Source: Clostridiales bacterium (GTDB taxonomy: Bacteria > Bacillota > Clostridia > Lachnospirales > Lachnospiraceae). From it: a stretch of 64,000 nt of DNA. Both the position numbers and the translations under genes were made by a program. The notes under the pieces are model-generated. The model was not told the DNA's origin. It saw nothing but the letters and a program-made list of their open reading frames with translations, and made no database searches. The stretch's first letter is position 1; each line of letters begins with the position of its first letter. Below, one piece after another: positions 9,395 to 19,594 of the stretch. The stretch covers positions 7,910-71,909 of the forward strand of contig JAAYPX010000077.1 in the NCBI GenBank assembly GCA_012519565.1. The letters run 5' to 3'.

Positions 9395-10265
9395 AATTAA
9401 TAAATTTTAATAAGGAATCTGAGAGGAAGGTATTAGCTCCATAGCAAAAACCTACCTCTCTTTTATTTATCTGCTTTTTAAGGGGAATTTCAATTAAAAG
9501 CCCCTGATCCAATTCAGGTTTTACAAATTCTTTAATTACACATCCAACTCCAAGGCTTATCTTGGCAAATTCAATTAAGAGGTCCATGTTGGTGATTTCT
9601 AATATATGATTTGGTGTAATATTATTGCTATTAAAATAGTCATCAATATATTGTCTGGATACATTTTCTTTATTTAGTAACATAATTGTAGCTGAAGAAA
9701 AGATATCAAGTTCTTTTTCTCTTAATCTTAGGTTAGCAAGATAGTCTTTGGTTGCTACGAAGATATACTCAACTTCACCTATGGAATAAAAATGATAGGC
9801 TTTTTTATTGTCTGGCTTCACCACCAGGCCTATATCCAGTTCGTTATTATCTAAAAGCGCCAGTGTTTGGTTTGAAGATTGACACTCAATGGTTATTTTG
9901 ATATGGGGATTTTCTTTAACAAAGGTTTTAAGATAGGGCAGAAGAAGATATTTACATAAGGTGGTACTGACCCCGATATGGAGATGACCGATACCCAGTT
10001 CTTGAACCTTTCTAATACTTTCTTCTCCCTGTTGTAAGGTACGTAGAGCGTTTTTAGTATGTTCATATAGAAGCTTACCTTCATCGGTCAACTTAACCCC
10101 TCTGGAATTGCGGATAAAAAGGGTGACATTTAAATTAGCCTCTAAATTGGATATTGCCTTGCTAACAGCTGGTTGACTGAGATATAATTGTTTGGCAGCT
10201 TTGGATATATTACAATTCTCAGCCACACTATTAAAAATATAATATAAGGATAAATTTTGCTCCAT
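9378..10265 (-). CDS. LysR family transcriptional regulator
   Basis: 295 aa. N-terminal HTH NISKAAKQLYLSQPAVSKAISNLE plus a LysR substrate-binding domain. Divergent from leuB. Its 3' end overlaps the convergent upstream gene by 17 nt. Confidence 0.85.
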   Translation of the reverse strand: MEQNLSLYYIFNSVAENCNISKAAKQLYLSQPAVSKAISNLEANLNVTLFIRNSRGVKLTDEGKLLYEHTKNALRTLQQGEESIRKVQELGIGHLHIGVSTTLCKYLLLPYLKTFVKENPHIKITIECQSSNQTLALLDNNELDIGLVVKPDNKKAYHFYSIGEVEYIFVATKDYLANLRLREKELDIFSSATIMLLNKENVSRQYIDDYFNSNNITPNHILEITNMDLLIEFAKISLGVGCVIKEFVKPELDQGLLIEIPLKKQINKREVGFCYGANTFLSDSLLKFINFIYKS

Positions 10266-10327
10266 TATTTCCTCCTAATAAGTCTTATTTCCCTTAACCA
10301 TAAGGCATAGTTATAACCTGAGGTTAT

Positions 10328-10343
10328 ATTAAATATTCGTAAT
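10328..10343. promoter_or_regulatory. candidate LysR-type operator palindrome
   Basis: ATTAAATATTCGTAAT (ATTA-N8-TAAT, fits the T-N11-A architecture) lies in the LysR/leuB divergent intergenic region. Confidence 0.3.
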
Positions 10344-10455
10344 ATGTATTTCAATTATATCATGACATGTAATAGAATATCAATAAAGATAATGAGAGAT
10401 AAAGAATTATGGCTTTTGAACTTGATCTTATAATATATAGAAGGGGAAGGTGGTT

Positions 10456-11550
10456 ATGATGATATACAATATTGCAGTTATTCCTGGTGATGGAATAGGT
10501 CCTGAAATTGTTCGGGAAGCAATGAAAATACTTGATAAAATAGGTGAAGTATATGGTCACCAATTTAACTATACTGAAGTTCTTATGGGAGGCATATCTA
10601 TAGATAAAACAGGTGTCCCCTTAACCGATGAGGCTTTAGAGCAAGCAAAAAACAGTGACTCGGTTTTATTGGGAGCTGTAGGAGGAGATGTAGGAAATTC
10701 CAATTGGTATCAGCTACCCCCTAATCTAAGGCCAGAGGCGGGCTTATTGGCACTGAGAAAGGGCTTGGAGCTCTTTGCCAATCTAAGGCCGGCAGTTTTA
10801 TACCCTGAGCTGAAAGGGGCTTGCCCATTAAAGGATGAGATTGTTGGAGAGGGTTTTGATTTTGTGGTAGTAAGGGAACTTACTGGTGGTCTTTATTTTG
10901 GCCCTAGAAAAACTGAAAGCCAGAATGGCCTGCGAATAGCTACGGACACCCTGATATACGATGAAAATGAGATAAGAAGGATAGCTAAATGGGCATTTGA
11001 AATAGCAATGAAACGAAGCAAGAAGGTTTGTAGTGTGGATAAGGCCAATGTACTAGATTCTTCAAGGCTGTGGAGACAAGTAACCAAGGAAGTATCCAAG
11101 GACTATCCTGAAGTTGAATTAACAGATATGTTAGTGGATAACTGTGCAATGCAGATTGTTAAGGATCCTAGACAGTTTGACGTAATTCTTACGGAAAATA
11201 TGTTTGGAGATATATTATCAGATGAAGCTAGTATGATTACAGGCTCCATTGGAATGTTACCATCTGCCAGTTTGGGGAATACAAAACTGGGACTTTATGA
11301 ACCAAGTCATGGTTCTGCACCAGATATTGCAGGACAAAACAAGGCCAATCCCATAGCAACTATACTTAGTGCGGCTATGATGCTTCGTTATTCCTTTGAT
11401 CTGGAAGAAGAAGCAAACCAAGTGGAGGCTGCTGTTCAAACAGTATTGAATAAAGGTTATAGAACTATTGATATAATGTCCCATCAAGGAAGACTGGTAG
11501 GAACAGATGAGATGGGAGATTTAATTGCAGCAGAGATAAGGAGGAGATAA
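10456..11550 (+). CDS. leuB: 3-isopropylmalate dehydrogenase
   Basis: [13 protein letters not shown] near the N-terminus, [33 protein letters not shown] purine-rich RBS lies upstream. The track ORF opens at GTG 10450. Confidence 0.93.
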   Translation: MMIYNIAVIPGDGIGPEIVREAMKILDKIGEVYGHQFNYTEVLMGGISIDKTGVPLTDEALEQAKNSDSVLLGAVGGDVGNSNWYQLPPNLRPEAGLLALRKGLELFANLRPAVLYPELKGACPLKDEIVGEGFDFVVVRELTGGLYFGPRKTESQNGLRIATDTLIYDENEIRRIAKWAFEIAMKRSKKVCSVDKANVLDSSRLWRQVTKEVSKDYPEVELTDMLVDNCAMQIVKDPRQFDVILTENMFGDILSDEASMITGSIGMLPSASLGNTKLGLYEPSHGSAPDIAGQNKANPIATILSAAMMLRYSFDLEEEANQVEAAVQTVLNKGYRTIDIMSHQGRLVGTDEMGDLIAAEIRRR

Positions 11551-11552
11551 GT

Positions 11553-12818
11553 ATGGGAATGACAATGACGCAGAAAATATTAGCTGCCCATGCAGGACTT
11601 GATAAGGTTACAGCAGGGCAACTGATTGAAGCCAATTTAGATCTAGTATTAGGTAATGATGTTACTGCTCCAGTTGCTATTAAAGAGATGGAGAAGATGA
11701 CAGTTAAGGATGTTTTTCATAAGGATAAGATTGCTTTAGTTCCAGATCATTTTACGCCTAATAAAGATATTAAATCAGCAGAGAATTGTAAATGTATGAG
11801 GAACTTTGCAATTAAACATGATATAACCAATTACTTTGAGATTGGTGAAATGGGTATTGAACACGCTCTTCTTCCTGAAAAAGGTTTAGTAGTTGCAGGA
11901 GATGTGGTTATTGGAGCCGATTCCCATACCTGTACATATGGTGCCTTGGGAGCATTCTCTACGGGAGTGGGAAGTACAGATATGGCTGCTGGAATGGCAA
12001 CAGGTAAAGCCTGGTTTAAAGTACCCGCGGCCTTAAGATTTATACTTAAAGGTAAACCAAATAAATGGGTAAGTGGTAAAGATATAATCCTTCATATTAT
12101 AGGTAAGATAGGAGTAGATGGGGCCCTATATAAATCCATGGAATTTGTGGGAGATGGCATCAGTAATCTTACTATGGACGATCGTTTTACCATAGCCAAT
12201 ATGGCAATTGAGGCAGGGGCTAAGAATGGAATATTTCCAGTTGATGATTTAGCTATTCAATATATGAAAGAACATTCTACCAAAGAATATAGGATATTTG
12301 AAGCAGATGAGGATGCAGAGTATGAAGCAACTTATGAGATAGATTTATCTACCCTTAAAGCTACAGTGGCATTCCCCCATCTGCCAGAGAACACCCGTAC
12401 AATAGATGAAGTTGGGGATATTAAGATTGATCAGGTAGTTATTGGATCCTGTACCAATGGAAGGCTTGATGATTTAAGAGCAGCAGCAAAGGTTATGGCA
12501 GGTAGAAAAGTTGCCAAAGGCCTTAGGGTTATAATCTTCCCTGCTACTCAGAAAATCTATCTACAAGCATTGGAAGAGGGCTTAATCTCAACATTTATTA
12601 AAGCCGGCGCCGTTGTAAGTACACCAACCTGCGGACCGTGTCTTGGTGGACATATGGGTATCTTAGCTGCAGGAGAGAGGGCAGTGGCTACAACCAATAG
12701 AAACTTTGTAGGCCGAATGGGACATGTGGAATCAGAAGTCTATCTAGCCAGTCCTGCTGTGGCAGCAGCCAGTGCTATTACTGGAAGAATATCAGGTCCA
12801 GAAGAATTAGGATTATAG
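11553..12818 (+). CDS. leuC: 3-isopropylmalate dehydratase large subunit
   Basis: 421 aa aconitase-family protein. [15 protein letters not shown] and CTNGRLDDL / CGPCLG cluster-ligand motifs. GGAGGAG RBS. Confidence 0.93.
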   Translation: MGMTMTQKILAAHAGLDKVTAGQLIEANLDLVLGNDVTAPVAIKEMEKMTVKDVFHKDKIALVPDHFTPNKDIKSAENCKCMRNFAIKHDITNYFEIGEMGIEHALLPEKGLVVAGDVVIGADSHTCTYGALGAFSTGVGSTDMAAGMATGKAWFKVPAALRFILKGKPNKWVSGKDIILHIIGKIGVDGALYKSMEFVGDGISNLTMDDRFTIANMAIEAGAKNGIFPVDDLAIQYMKEHSTKEYRIFEADEDAEYEATYEIDLSTLKATVAFPHLPENTRTIDEVGDIKIDQVVIGSCTNGRLDDLRAAAKVMAGRKVAKGLRVIIFPATQKIYLQALEEGLISTFIKAGAVVSTPTCGPCLGGHMGILAAGERAVATTNRNFVGRMGHVESEVYLASPAVAAASAITGRISGPEELGL

Positions 12819-12833
12819 AAAGGGGTAGGTGAT

Positions 12834-13322
12834 ATGAAGGTACAAGGTACAGTGCACAAATATGGTGATAATATTGATACAGATGTGATTATTCCGGCTC
12901 GCTATTTAAATACTGCCGATCCTAAGGAACTGGCTGAAAAATGTATGATAGATATAGATGAAGATTTTGCTAAAAGGGTGAAAACAGGAGATATAATTGT
13001 AGCTAATAAAAATTTTGGATGCGGCTCCTCTAGAGAACATGCACCTATTGCAATAAAGGCATCAGGAATCAGTTGTGTCATAGCTGAAACATTTGCTAGG
13101 ATTTTCTATCGCAATTCTATTAATATTGGGCTTCCGATTATAGAATGTCCGGAGGCAGCCAAGGAAATAGAAGCTGGGGATCAAGTGGAAATAGATTTTG
13201 ACACAGGTACAATTACCAATTTAAGCAAAAATAAAAAATATAAAGGGCAAGCATTTCCGGAATTTATGCAAAAAATTATAAAAGCCGAAGGATTAGTAAA
13301 CTATATTAATAATAAAAATTAA
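12834..13322 (+). CDS. leuD: 3-isopropylmalate dehydratase small subunit
   Basis: 162 aa. [12 protein letters not shown] swivel-domain motif. Directly follows leuC. Confidence 0.92.
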   Translation: MKVQGTVHKYGDNIDTDVIIPARYLNTADPKELAEKCMIDIDEDFAKRVKTGDIIVANKNFGCGSSREHAPIAIKASGISCVIAETFARIFYRNSINIGLPIIECPEAAKEIEAGDQVEIDFDTGTITNLSKNKKYKGQAFPEFMQKIIKAEGLVNYINNKN

Positions 13323-13390
13323 ATACGGAACATTTTATACTCTAGAATCATAATCTGAAATAGAACATCAGAATAGGTGATGATTTTAGA

Positions 13391-14374
13391 ATGAGTGGAA
13401 CAATACAATACACGATACGACCATATGATACCATATGGATGCTGGCACAGATATTCAATACCACAGTGGATTCCATTATGGAATTAAATCCAGGTATTGA
13501 TCCAAGGAATCTCCAGATAGGTCAAGTAATTACAATTCGTCCAGGTTTTCAATACTATCCATCATATAATAATGGTATGATGGACGATGAAATGTTTTTT
13601 AACGGAAACATGATGAACGGAATGCCGTTTAATGGTAACATGATGAATGGAATGCCTTATAACGGTAATATGATGAATGGCATGCCACCTAACAGAAATA
13701 TGATGGACGGAACGCCTTTTAATGGCAATATGATGAATGGCATGCCACCTAACGGAAATATGATGGACGGGATGCCATTTAACGGAAACATGATGAACGG
13801 AATGCCTCCTAATGGTAATATGATGAACAATAATATGATGAATGGTACTATGGCAGAATTAAGATTCTATATGCATATGTTATGGGATCAGCATGTTACA
13901 TGGACCTTTATGACCGTCTTGGCAATTCTAAATGACCTGTCTCAAACAGAGATTATAACTCAAAGATTATTACGGAATGCTACTGATTTTGGAGAAGCCT
14001 TCTTACCCTACTATGGTGAAGAGGATGCACAAAGATTAACAGATCTAATGACAGCACATATTACCATTGCTGCTGAACTGGTTCAAGCTGCTAAAAACCA
14101 AGATACGAACTTATATAGGCAGATAGAAGAAAGATGGTATAATAATGCAATGCAGATTGCCAGCTTCCTAAGCGATATTAATCCTAACTGGAATGTAGAG
14201 GATTGGAGTGCCATGTTGGAAGAACATTTGGAACTTCTAGCTTCTGCTGTAGCAGATATGGTTGCACAAAATTATGAAAATGCAATTAATAGCTACGATG
14301 ATATTCAACTACAGGCTCTTGAAATGGCTGATATGATGGTAGAGGGTATAATGGAACAATTTCCATCCGTGTAA
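13391..14374 (+). CDS. LysM domain protein with Asn/Gly/Met decapeptide repeats and a helical C-terminal domain (possible spore-coat or cortex-associated protein)
   Basis: N-terminal LysM (YTIRPYDTIWMLAQIFNTTVDSIMELNPGIDPRNLQIGQVITIRPG), 8 copies of [FPY]NGNMMNGMP, and a C-terminal domain LWDQHVTWTFM...LLRNATDFGEAFLPYYG. Confidence 0.7.
   Translation: MSGTIQYTIRPYDTIWMLAQIFNTTVDSIMELNPGIDPRNLQIGQVITIRPGFQYYPSYNNGMMDDEMFFNGNMMNGMPFNGNMMNGMPYNGNMMNGMPPNRNMMDGTPFNGNMMNGMPPNGNMMDGMPFNGNMMNGMPPNGNMMNNNMMNGTMAELRFYMHMLWDQHVTWTFMTVLAILNDLSQTEIITQRLLRNATDFGEAFLPYYGEEDAQRLTDLMTAHITIAAELVQAAKNQDTNLYRQIEERWYNNAMQIASFLSDINPNWNVEDWSAMLEEHLELLASAVADMVAQNYENAINSYDDIQLQALEMADMMVEGIMEQFPSV
13598..13850 (+). 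repeat. 30-bp in-frame tandem repeat (about 8 units) encoding [FPY]NGNMMNGMP
   Basis: Successive units are TTTAACGGAAACATGATGAACGGAATGCCG, TTTAATGGTAACATGATGAATGGAATGCCT and so on, with synonymous and near-synonymous drift. Confidence 0.9.
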
Positions 14375-14497
14375 TTTGGAAAATAAAGCCATTAATAGCA
14401 ATGAATACTTAAAATATTCAAGAATTATTTCTATACCTCATGCAAACAATAAATCTTGTAATATCAACAGATTTAATCTTTGTTTGGAGGTAATGTA

Positions 14498-14677
14498 ATG
14501 GCAGTTAAGAAAATGGATAAACCCAATGAAGGCATCAAGTGTATTGTTAATAGTTGTGAATATTATTTGAATGGTGACCATTGTACGGCGGAAATGATTC
14601 ATGTTGAGCCAAGGAATGCTAATAGCTCTAATGAAACAGACTGTGCTACATTTATCCCGAAAGACAAGATATATTAA
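14498..14677 (+). CDS. DUF1540 family small cysteine-rich protein
   Basis: 59 aa from ATG 14498 (GGAGG 7 nt upstream). The Cys pattern C..NSC.YY....C.A..I.V......T.CATF matches my memory of DUF1540. Confidence 0.65.
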   Translation: MAVKKMDKPNEGIKCIVNSCEYYLNGDHCTAEMIHVEPRNANSSNETDCATFIPKDKIY

Positions 14678-14691
14678 TTAGCTTAACTAGC

Positions 14692-14727
14692 AGAAAAAAG
14701 GCTGATTACCCTGGGATAATCAGCCTT
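14692..14727. terminator. bidirectional rho-independent terminator between convergent genes
   Basis: AAGGCTGATTA-CCCTGGGA-TAATCAGCCTT, an 11-bp perfect stem. An A-run lies on the left (a T-run for the minus-strand ytvI transcript) and TATTGTT on the right. Confidence 0.7.
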
Positions 14728-14790
14728 ATTGTTAAAAGAATTTAGTACAAGATACTTAAATGTTTAGCAAGCCAAAAGCCTTCTTATTAA

Positions 14791-15852
14791 TTATTTAAAT
14801 AATTGTATAACCCCATCGTCATTTAGCTTTTTAAGTAAAGTAGCAATAACAGGAAGTAGCAATAAGCCTAATATACCCATTAGATTTACTCCAACAAACA
14901 TACATAGCAAAGTAACTACGGGATGAAGCCCGATTTGTTGACCTACAATCTTAGGCTCAATACTTTGCCGAACGGCTGTTATAATAACATATAATATCAA
15001 CATGCCAAGACCGATTTTATTGCTACCCATTATGAAACCTATTAGAGACCAGGGAAGTAATACAGTACCTGTTCCCAGTATTGGCATAACATCGACGATG
15101 GCTATTAAGAAACCAAATAAAATAGGATTTGGTATGCCAATAATCCAAAATCCAATGGCAATTTCTATACAAGTAATAGATAGGATCATGGCATAAGCTT
15201 TAATAAATTGTCCTATGGCCCCAACTCCGTTATCCTTAAGTTTTAATATGAAATCCTTTCTTTTGCCACTGAATTGTCTCATTAAAAAATCAGAGATCTT
15301 ATAATAATCAATTGTGAATAGAAAGGAAGATACTATAGTAAACAATAGTTTTACTAAAAGTGATGGAAGTGAACTGGCAAAACCTGTGATTGCTCCTACT
15401 ACTGTAGAGGATAAAGTTGTAACAAAGGAAAATATTGATTGACTAATATTATTAATAAAGTCATACAAAAAGGGCTCTATTTCTGGAAAATAAAGTACCA
15501 GATTATTAGAGGCTTCACGGAATGCCGGTTCTATAGTTTTCTTATAAAGGTTAGGTAATCCAGACAAGATAGTTTTAATATAATCAAATACCTTAATTCC
15601 TAGAAAACTAATCAAAAGTAGGACAATGCCATAAAATAGAATTAATACAATAACAGATGCTAAGGTACGGTGTATTTTTAACTTATCCTTAAGTCCGTCA
15701 ATTGGTCTGCGAAACACAAGAGATATAATAAGACCTATTACAAAAGGCATTAAAAGAGGTAGAAAAAATTTAATGACCACGTAACCAAGTCCCATAATAA
15801 TTGTGATATAAACGAATTTAATTATAAATGCCTTCTGTTTTTCTAGTTTCAT
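14791..15852 (-). CDS. ytvI: AI-2E/PerM family integral membrane protein, YtvI-like (sporulation membrane protein)
   Basis: 353 aa with about 8 TM segments. The overall architecture and N-terminal pattern resemble YtvI/AI-2E transporters. Confidence 0.65.
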   Translation of the reverse strand: MKLEKQKAFIIKFVYITIIMGLGYVVIKFFLPLLMPFVIGLIISLVFRRPIDGLKDKLKIHRTLASVIVLILFYGIVLLLISFLGIKVFDYIKTILSGLPNLYKKTIEPAFREASNNLVLYFPEIEPFLYDFINNISQSIFSFVTTLSSTVVGAITGFASSLPSLLVKLLFTIVSSFLFTIDYYKISDFLMRQFSGKRKDFILKLKDNGVGAIGQFIKAYAMILSITCIEIAIGFWIIGIPNPILFGFLIAIVDVMPILGTGTVLLPWSLIGFIMGSNKIGLGMLILYVIITAVRQSIEPKIVGQQIGLHPVVTLLCMFVGVNLMGILGLLLLPVIATLLKKLNDDGVIQLFK

Positions 15853-15925
15853 ATTTACCCTTTCTTGTTACATATAGTATTTAATGCAAAGTAATCTTGA
15901 ATTGGTTGGAAAATTATTAGTCAAA

Positions 15926-16549
15926 CTAGGTGTTATTGATTATGATGCTTTCTAAGGTGAGTGCAAGATGTTCACAATGGCTACAAGTTTGCTTAAAATG
16001 GTTTAGGATTTCGGTCCAGCATATTATTTGAACTGGATCTTTGGTGTTACGATATAGATTACGTATTGAATCCATATATAAGGTATACCCCAAATCTTTA
16101 ATTTCATTTATCTTAACCAGATTATTATTAAGAATTTTAGAAGTTTTAAAATTCCTAAATTCTTTAAGAGTTTCATGCAAAGTTGTACAGCAATTTACAA
16201 TTAGGGTGGTAAACTTTAATATTTCTATACTGATAGATTGAATATTAAATATATCAAAGCATATTAAAAGCTCTTCGATGGAGTCGGTTATATCATCAAG
16301 CCTCTCTGTGAGATTATAGATATCTTGCCGCTCCATAGGGGGGAGAAATTCCCTAGCCAAATGCCTTATGATTAGATTCCTTACCTGATCGGCACCAAGT
16401 TCTATATCGTGCATTTCCTTAATTTTCGAAGCTAAATTTTTACTTGAAAAGTTACATAATGTATCGTGTAGAAAATTCGCTGATTTTAAGGAGTATTCTG
16501 AAAGTTTAATAAATTCATTATAATAATTATATTCGTTTTTCCTTTTCAT
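15926..16549 (-). CDS. DUF47 / PhoU-like phosphate transport regulator family protein
   Basis: 207 aa helical protein adjacent to a PiT transporter. Resembles the YkaA / TIGR00153 family. Confidence 0.7.
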   Translation of the reverse strand: MKRKNEYNYYNEFIKLSEYSLKSANFLHDTLCNFSSKNLASKIKEMHDIELGADQVRNLIIRHLAREFLPPMERQDIYNLTERLDDITDSIEELLICFDIFNIQSISIEILKFTTLIVNCCTTLHETLKEFRNFKTSKILNNNLVKINEIKDLGYTLYMDSIRNLYRNTKDPVQIICWTEILNHFKQTCSHCEHLALTLESIIINNT

Positions 16550-16623
16550 TTCAATACTTTCCTCCTGATTTCTTAAAGTTGTGAAAGATGAATATAATGA
16601 AAATTATAGTTTTATATAGCTAA

Positions 16624-17679
16624 TTATGTATTAAACAGCTTCATAAATAAAAAGGCCATAAGATATCCCATTAATCCGCATCCGGGAAAGGTTAAGATCC
16701 AAGCTAAGACCATATCCTTGACAACTATCCAATTGACATTGGTAATTCTTTTAGAAGCTCCTACCCCCATTATGGCAGTGGTTTTTGTGTGGGTGGTGCT
16801 AACGGGAATGCCTAAGATTGAGGCCATAAATAAGCTAAAGGCTGCTGCAATATCAGCTGAAAAGCCTTGATACCTGTCTAGTTTAACCATTTCCATTCCA
16901 ACTGTCTTAATAATGCGGTAGCCACCAAGGGAAGTGCCTAGGGCCATAATAAGGGAACATAATATCATCATCCAAATTGGAATTTTAAAATTATCAATAT
17001 CTCCTTGTCCCTGGGCTAGGAAGATACCCAGGATGAAGATACCCATAAATTTTTGGCCATCTTGAGCTCCATGCATAAATGCCATGGCGCCACTGCCAAG
17101 AATCTGTGCCTTTTGGAAAAAAGGATTGGTTTTTTGCCGATCCATGGATTTGCATATTAAACCTATGGTCTTTGTTACTAGGTATCCTGCGCTAAAGCCT
17201 AAGATAGTGGACATAATCAGACCATAAAGAACCTTATTCCATTCATCGGTATTGATGCCCTTGGCCCCTTGAAGAGCATAGGCAGCTCCAGTTACACCAG
17301 CAATTAAGGCATGGGATTCGCTGGTTGGAATACCAAATAGCCATGCAGCTGTGGCCCATACTACTATGGCAAAGAGTCCAGCACACAAAGCAACCAAGGC
17401 ATTATATGAATTATTACCAAAATCGACCATATTAAATAAGGTTTTAGCTACTGAATAATTAACCATGGTCATAAAGAGTACCCCAAGAAAGTTAAAAATA
17501 GCAGCCATTATAATGGCATGTTTTGGGCTTAGGGATCTGGTTGAAACGCAGGTGGCTATGGCATTAGGAGCATCGGTCCAACCATTGACCAGTATAACTC
17601 CCAAGGTAAGAAGTGTGGTAAATATCAGTGGGATATTGGAACTTAGCTGAGATAAAAAATCAATAATTCTTATTGTCAT
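16624..17679 (-). CDS. inorganic phosphate transporter, PiT family
   Basis: 351 aa. Duplicated PHO4 motifs GWTDAPNAIAT and HGAQDGQKFMG. Polytopic membrane protein. Confidence 0.88.
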   Translation of the reverse strand: MTIRIIDFLSQLSSNIPLIFTTLLTLGVILVNGWTDAPNAIATCVSTRSLSPKHAIIMAAIFNFLGVLFMTMVNYSVAKTLFNMVDFGNNSYNALVALCAGLFAIVVWATAAWLFGIPTSESHALIAGVTGAAYALQGAKGINTDEWNKVLYGLIMSTILGFSAGYLVTKTIGLICKSMDRQKTNPFFQKAQILGSGAMAFMHGAQDGQKFMGIFILGIFLAQGQGDIDNFKIPIWMMILCSLIMALGTSLGGYRIIKTVGMEMVKLDRYQGFSADIAAAFSLFMASILGIPVSTTHTKTTAIMGVGASKRITNVNWIVVKDMVLAWILTFPGCGLMGYLMAFLFMKLFNT

Positions 17680-17879
17680 TTATAATAACCTTGCCTTTCT
17701 AAAAGTCTTGTACCATTAAATCTTGGAGCATTGTTATTATAAATTATTAGGAAGTATTATTAATAATACATATTAATTAATATTAGTTGATTTTTATTAT
17801 AAAATACTTTAATATATACGATACTACTTTAAATCGATAAAGGACTAGAGCCTTTAGAATATAGAAAGGATGGTAAAGA

Positions 17880-19556
17880 ATGAGAAGTGACGCAGTTAAA
17901 ACAGGGATAGGGCAGGCCCCCCATAGATCATTATTCAATGCATTGGGATTAACAAAAGAAGAGCTACAAAAACCGATGATAGGAATAGTAAGCTCCTATA
18001 ATGAAATAGTGCCTGGACATATGAATTTGGACAAGATAGTAGATGCTGTGAAATTGGGTGTTGCAATGGCTGGAGGTACACCTATAGTATTTCCTGCTAT
18101 AGCTGTATGTGATGGAATTGCCATGGGACATCAAGGAATGAAATATTCCTTGGCTACTAGAGATTTAATTGCTGATTCAACAGAAGCTATGGTTATGGCC
18201 CATCAATTTGATGCTTTAGTTATGGTACCAAACTGTGATAAAAACGTGCCCGGATTATTAATGGCTGCAGCCAGATTAAACATTCCAACCATCTTTGTCA
18301 GTGGTGGTCCCATGCTGGCAGGCCGTGTCAATGGACAGAAAACCAGTTTATCTAGTATGTTTGAGGCTGTTGGGGCCCATAGCGCTGGTAATATGACTGA
18401 GGAAGAGGTTGAGTACTATGCCAGCAAGGTATGCCCTACTTGCGGTTCTTGTTCTGGTATGTATACTGCCAATTCTATGAACTGTCTAACCGAAGCAATA
18501 GGTATGGGCTTACAAGGAAATGGTACAATTCCAGCCGTATATTCAGAGAGAATTAAGCTGGCAAAACATGCTGGTATGAAGATAATGGAGCTGCTTGAGA
18601 AGAATATAAGACCTAGGGATATCATGACCAAGGAAGCTTTTGAGAATGCTCTTACTGTAGATATGGCTTTAGGTTGTTCAACCAATACCATGCTACATCT
18701 TCCAGCCATTGCCCATGAAGCTGGAATTGATTTGAATATAGATATAGCCAATGAGATAAGTGCTAAAACACCAAATCTTTGCCATCTAGCACCAGCTGGC
18801 CATACTTACATGGAAGATTTAAATGAAGCCGGTGGTGTATATGCAGTAATGAATGAATTAAATAAAAAGGGACTTTTACATACGGATCTCATTACTGTTA
18901 CAGGAAAGTCTGTAGGTGAAAATATTAAGAACTGTGTAAATCTTAATCCCGATGTTATTCGTCCAATTGATAACCCCTATAGCCAAACTGGTGGTATTGC
19001 AGTATTAAAAGGAAATTTAGCTCCGGATTCAGGCGTGGTTAAACGCTCAGCTGTGGCACCAGAGATGCTAAAGCATGAAGGGCCAGCAAGGGTTTTTGAT
19101 TGTGAAGAAGATGCAATTGAGGCTATTAAGGGGGGGAAGATTGTTCCAGGTGATGTAGTAGTTATTCGCTATGAAGGTCCTAAAGGTGGTCCTGGTATGA
19201 GAGAGATGCTTAATCCAACCAGCGCTATTATGGGAATGGGCCTAGGATCCTCAGTAGCATTAATAACAGATGGCCGCTTCTCTGGAGCATCTAGAGGAGC
19301 ATGTGTAGGTCATGTATCACCTGAGGCAGCCGTAGGAGGTAATATTGCCCTGGTTGAAGAAGGGGATATAATTGAGATAGATATTAATGCCAACACATTA
19401 AATTTCAGAGTTTCGGAAGAAGAGTTGGCTAAGAGAAGAGCAAAATGGCAGCCAAGGGAACCCAAGATTACAACAGGATATCTATCCCGTTATGTATCCA
19501 TGGTTACTTCCGGTAACCGAGGAGCAATCTTAGAAGTACCTAAGGCGTCAAAGTAA
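17880..19556 (+). CDS. ilvD: dihydroxy-acid dehydratase
   Basis: 558 aa. [24 protein letters not shown] and TDGRFSG motifs. Confidence 0.95.
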   Translation: MRSDAVKTGIGQAPHRSLFNALGLTKEELQKPMIGIVSSYNEIVPGHMNLDKIVDAVKLGVAMAGGTPIVFPAIAVCDGIAMGHQGMKYSLATRDLIADSTEAMVMAHQFDALVMVPNCDKNVPGLLMAAARLNIPTIFVSGGPMLAGRVNGQKTSLSSMFEAVGAHSAGNMTEEEVEYYASKVCPTCGSCSGMYTANSMNCLTEAIGMGLQGNGTIPAVYSERIKLAKHAGMKIMELLEKNIRPRDIMTKEAFENALTVDMALGCSTNTMLHLPAIAHEAGIDLNIDIANEISAKTPNLCHLAPAGHTYMEDLNEAGGVYAVMNELNKKGLLHTDLITVTGKSVGENIKNCVNLNPDVIRPIDNPYSQTGGIAVLKGNLAPDSGVVKRSAVAPEMLKHEGPARVFDCEEDAIEAIKGGKIVPGDVVVIRYEGPKGGPGMREMLNPTSAIMGMGLGSSVALITDGRFSGASRGACVGHVSPEAAVGGNIALVEEGDIIEIDINANTLNFRVSEEELAKRRAKWQPREPKITTGYLSRYVSMVTSGNRGAILEVPKASK

Positions 19557-19594
19557 CAGTAACTAGGATATAGGTCTTTAACGGAGGTGTAAAT

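Noticed and set aside
10398-10457. A 16-codon upstream ORF ([16 protein letters not shown]) ending on the leuB start, considered as a possible leader-peptide attenuator.
   Set aside because: It has only three Leu and two Ile codons, none consecutive apart from the Ile pair. There is no convincing RBS and no alternative terminator/antiterminator hairpins downstream. The space is too short for attenuation.
13598-13850. Tandem repeats here, in the Pro/Thr linker (about 8680-8925) and at 56400-56600, considered as possible CRISPR or satellite arrays.
   Set aside because: All are in-frame coding repeats without unique spacers of constant length. No cas genes or leader-like sequence are present.
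15926-17679. The PiT gene precedes the DUF47 gene, which is the reverse of the DUF47-then-PiT order I recall as more common.
   Set aside because: Both genes look intact and co-directional. Gene order within this pair varies among bacteria and has no evident functional implication.
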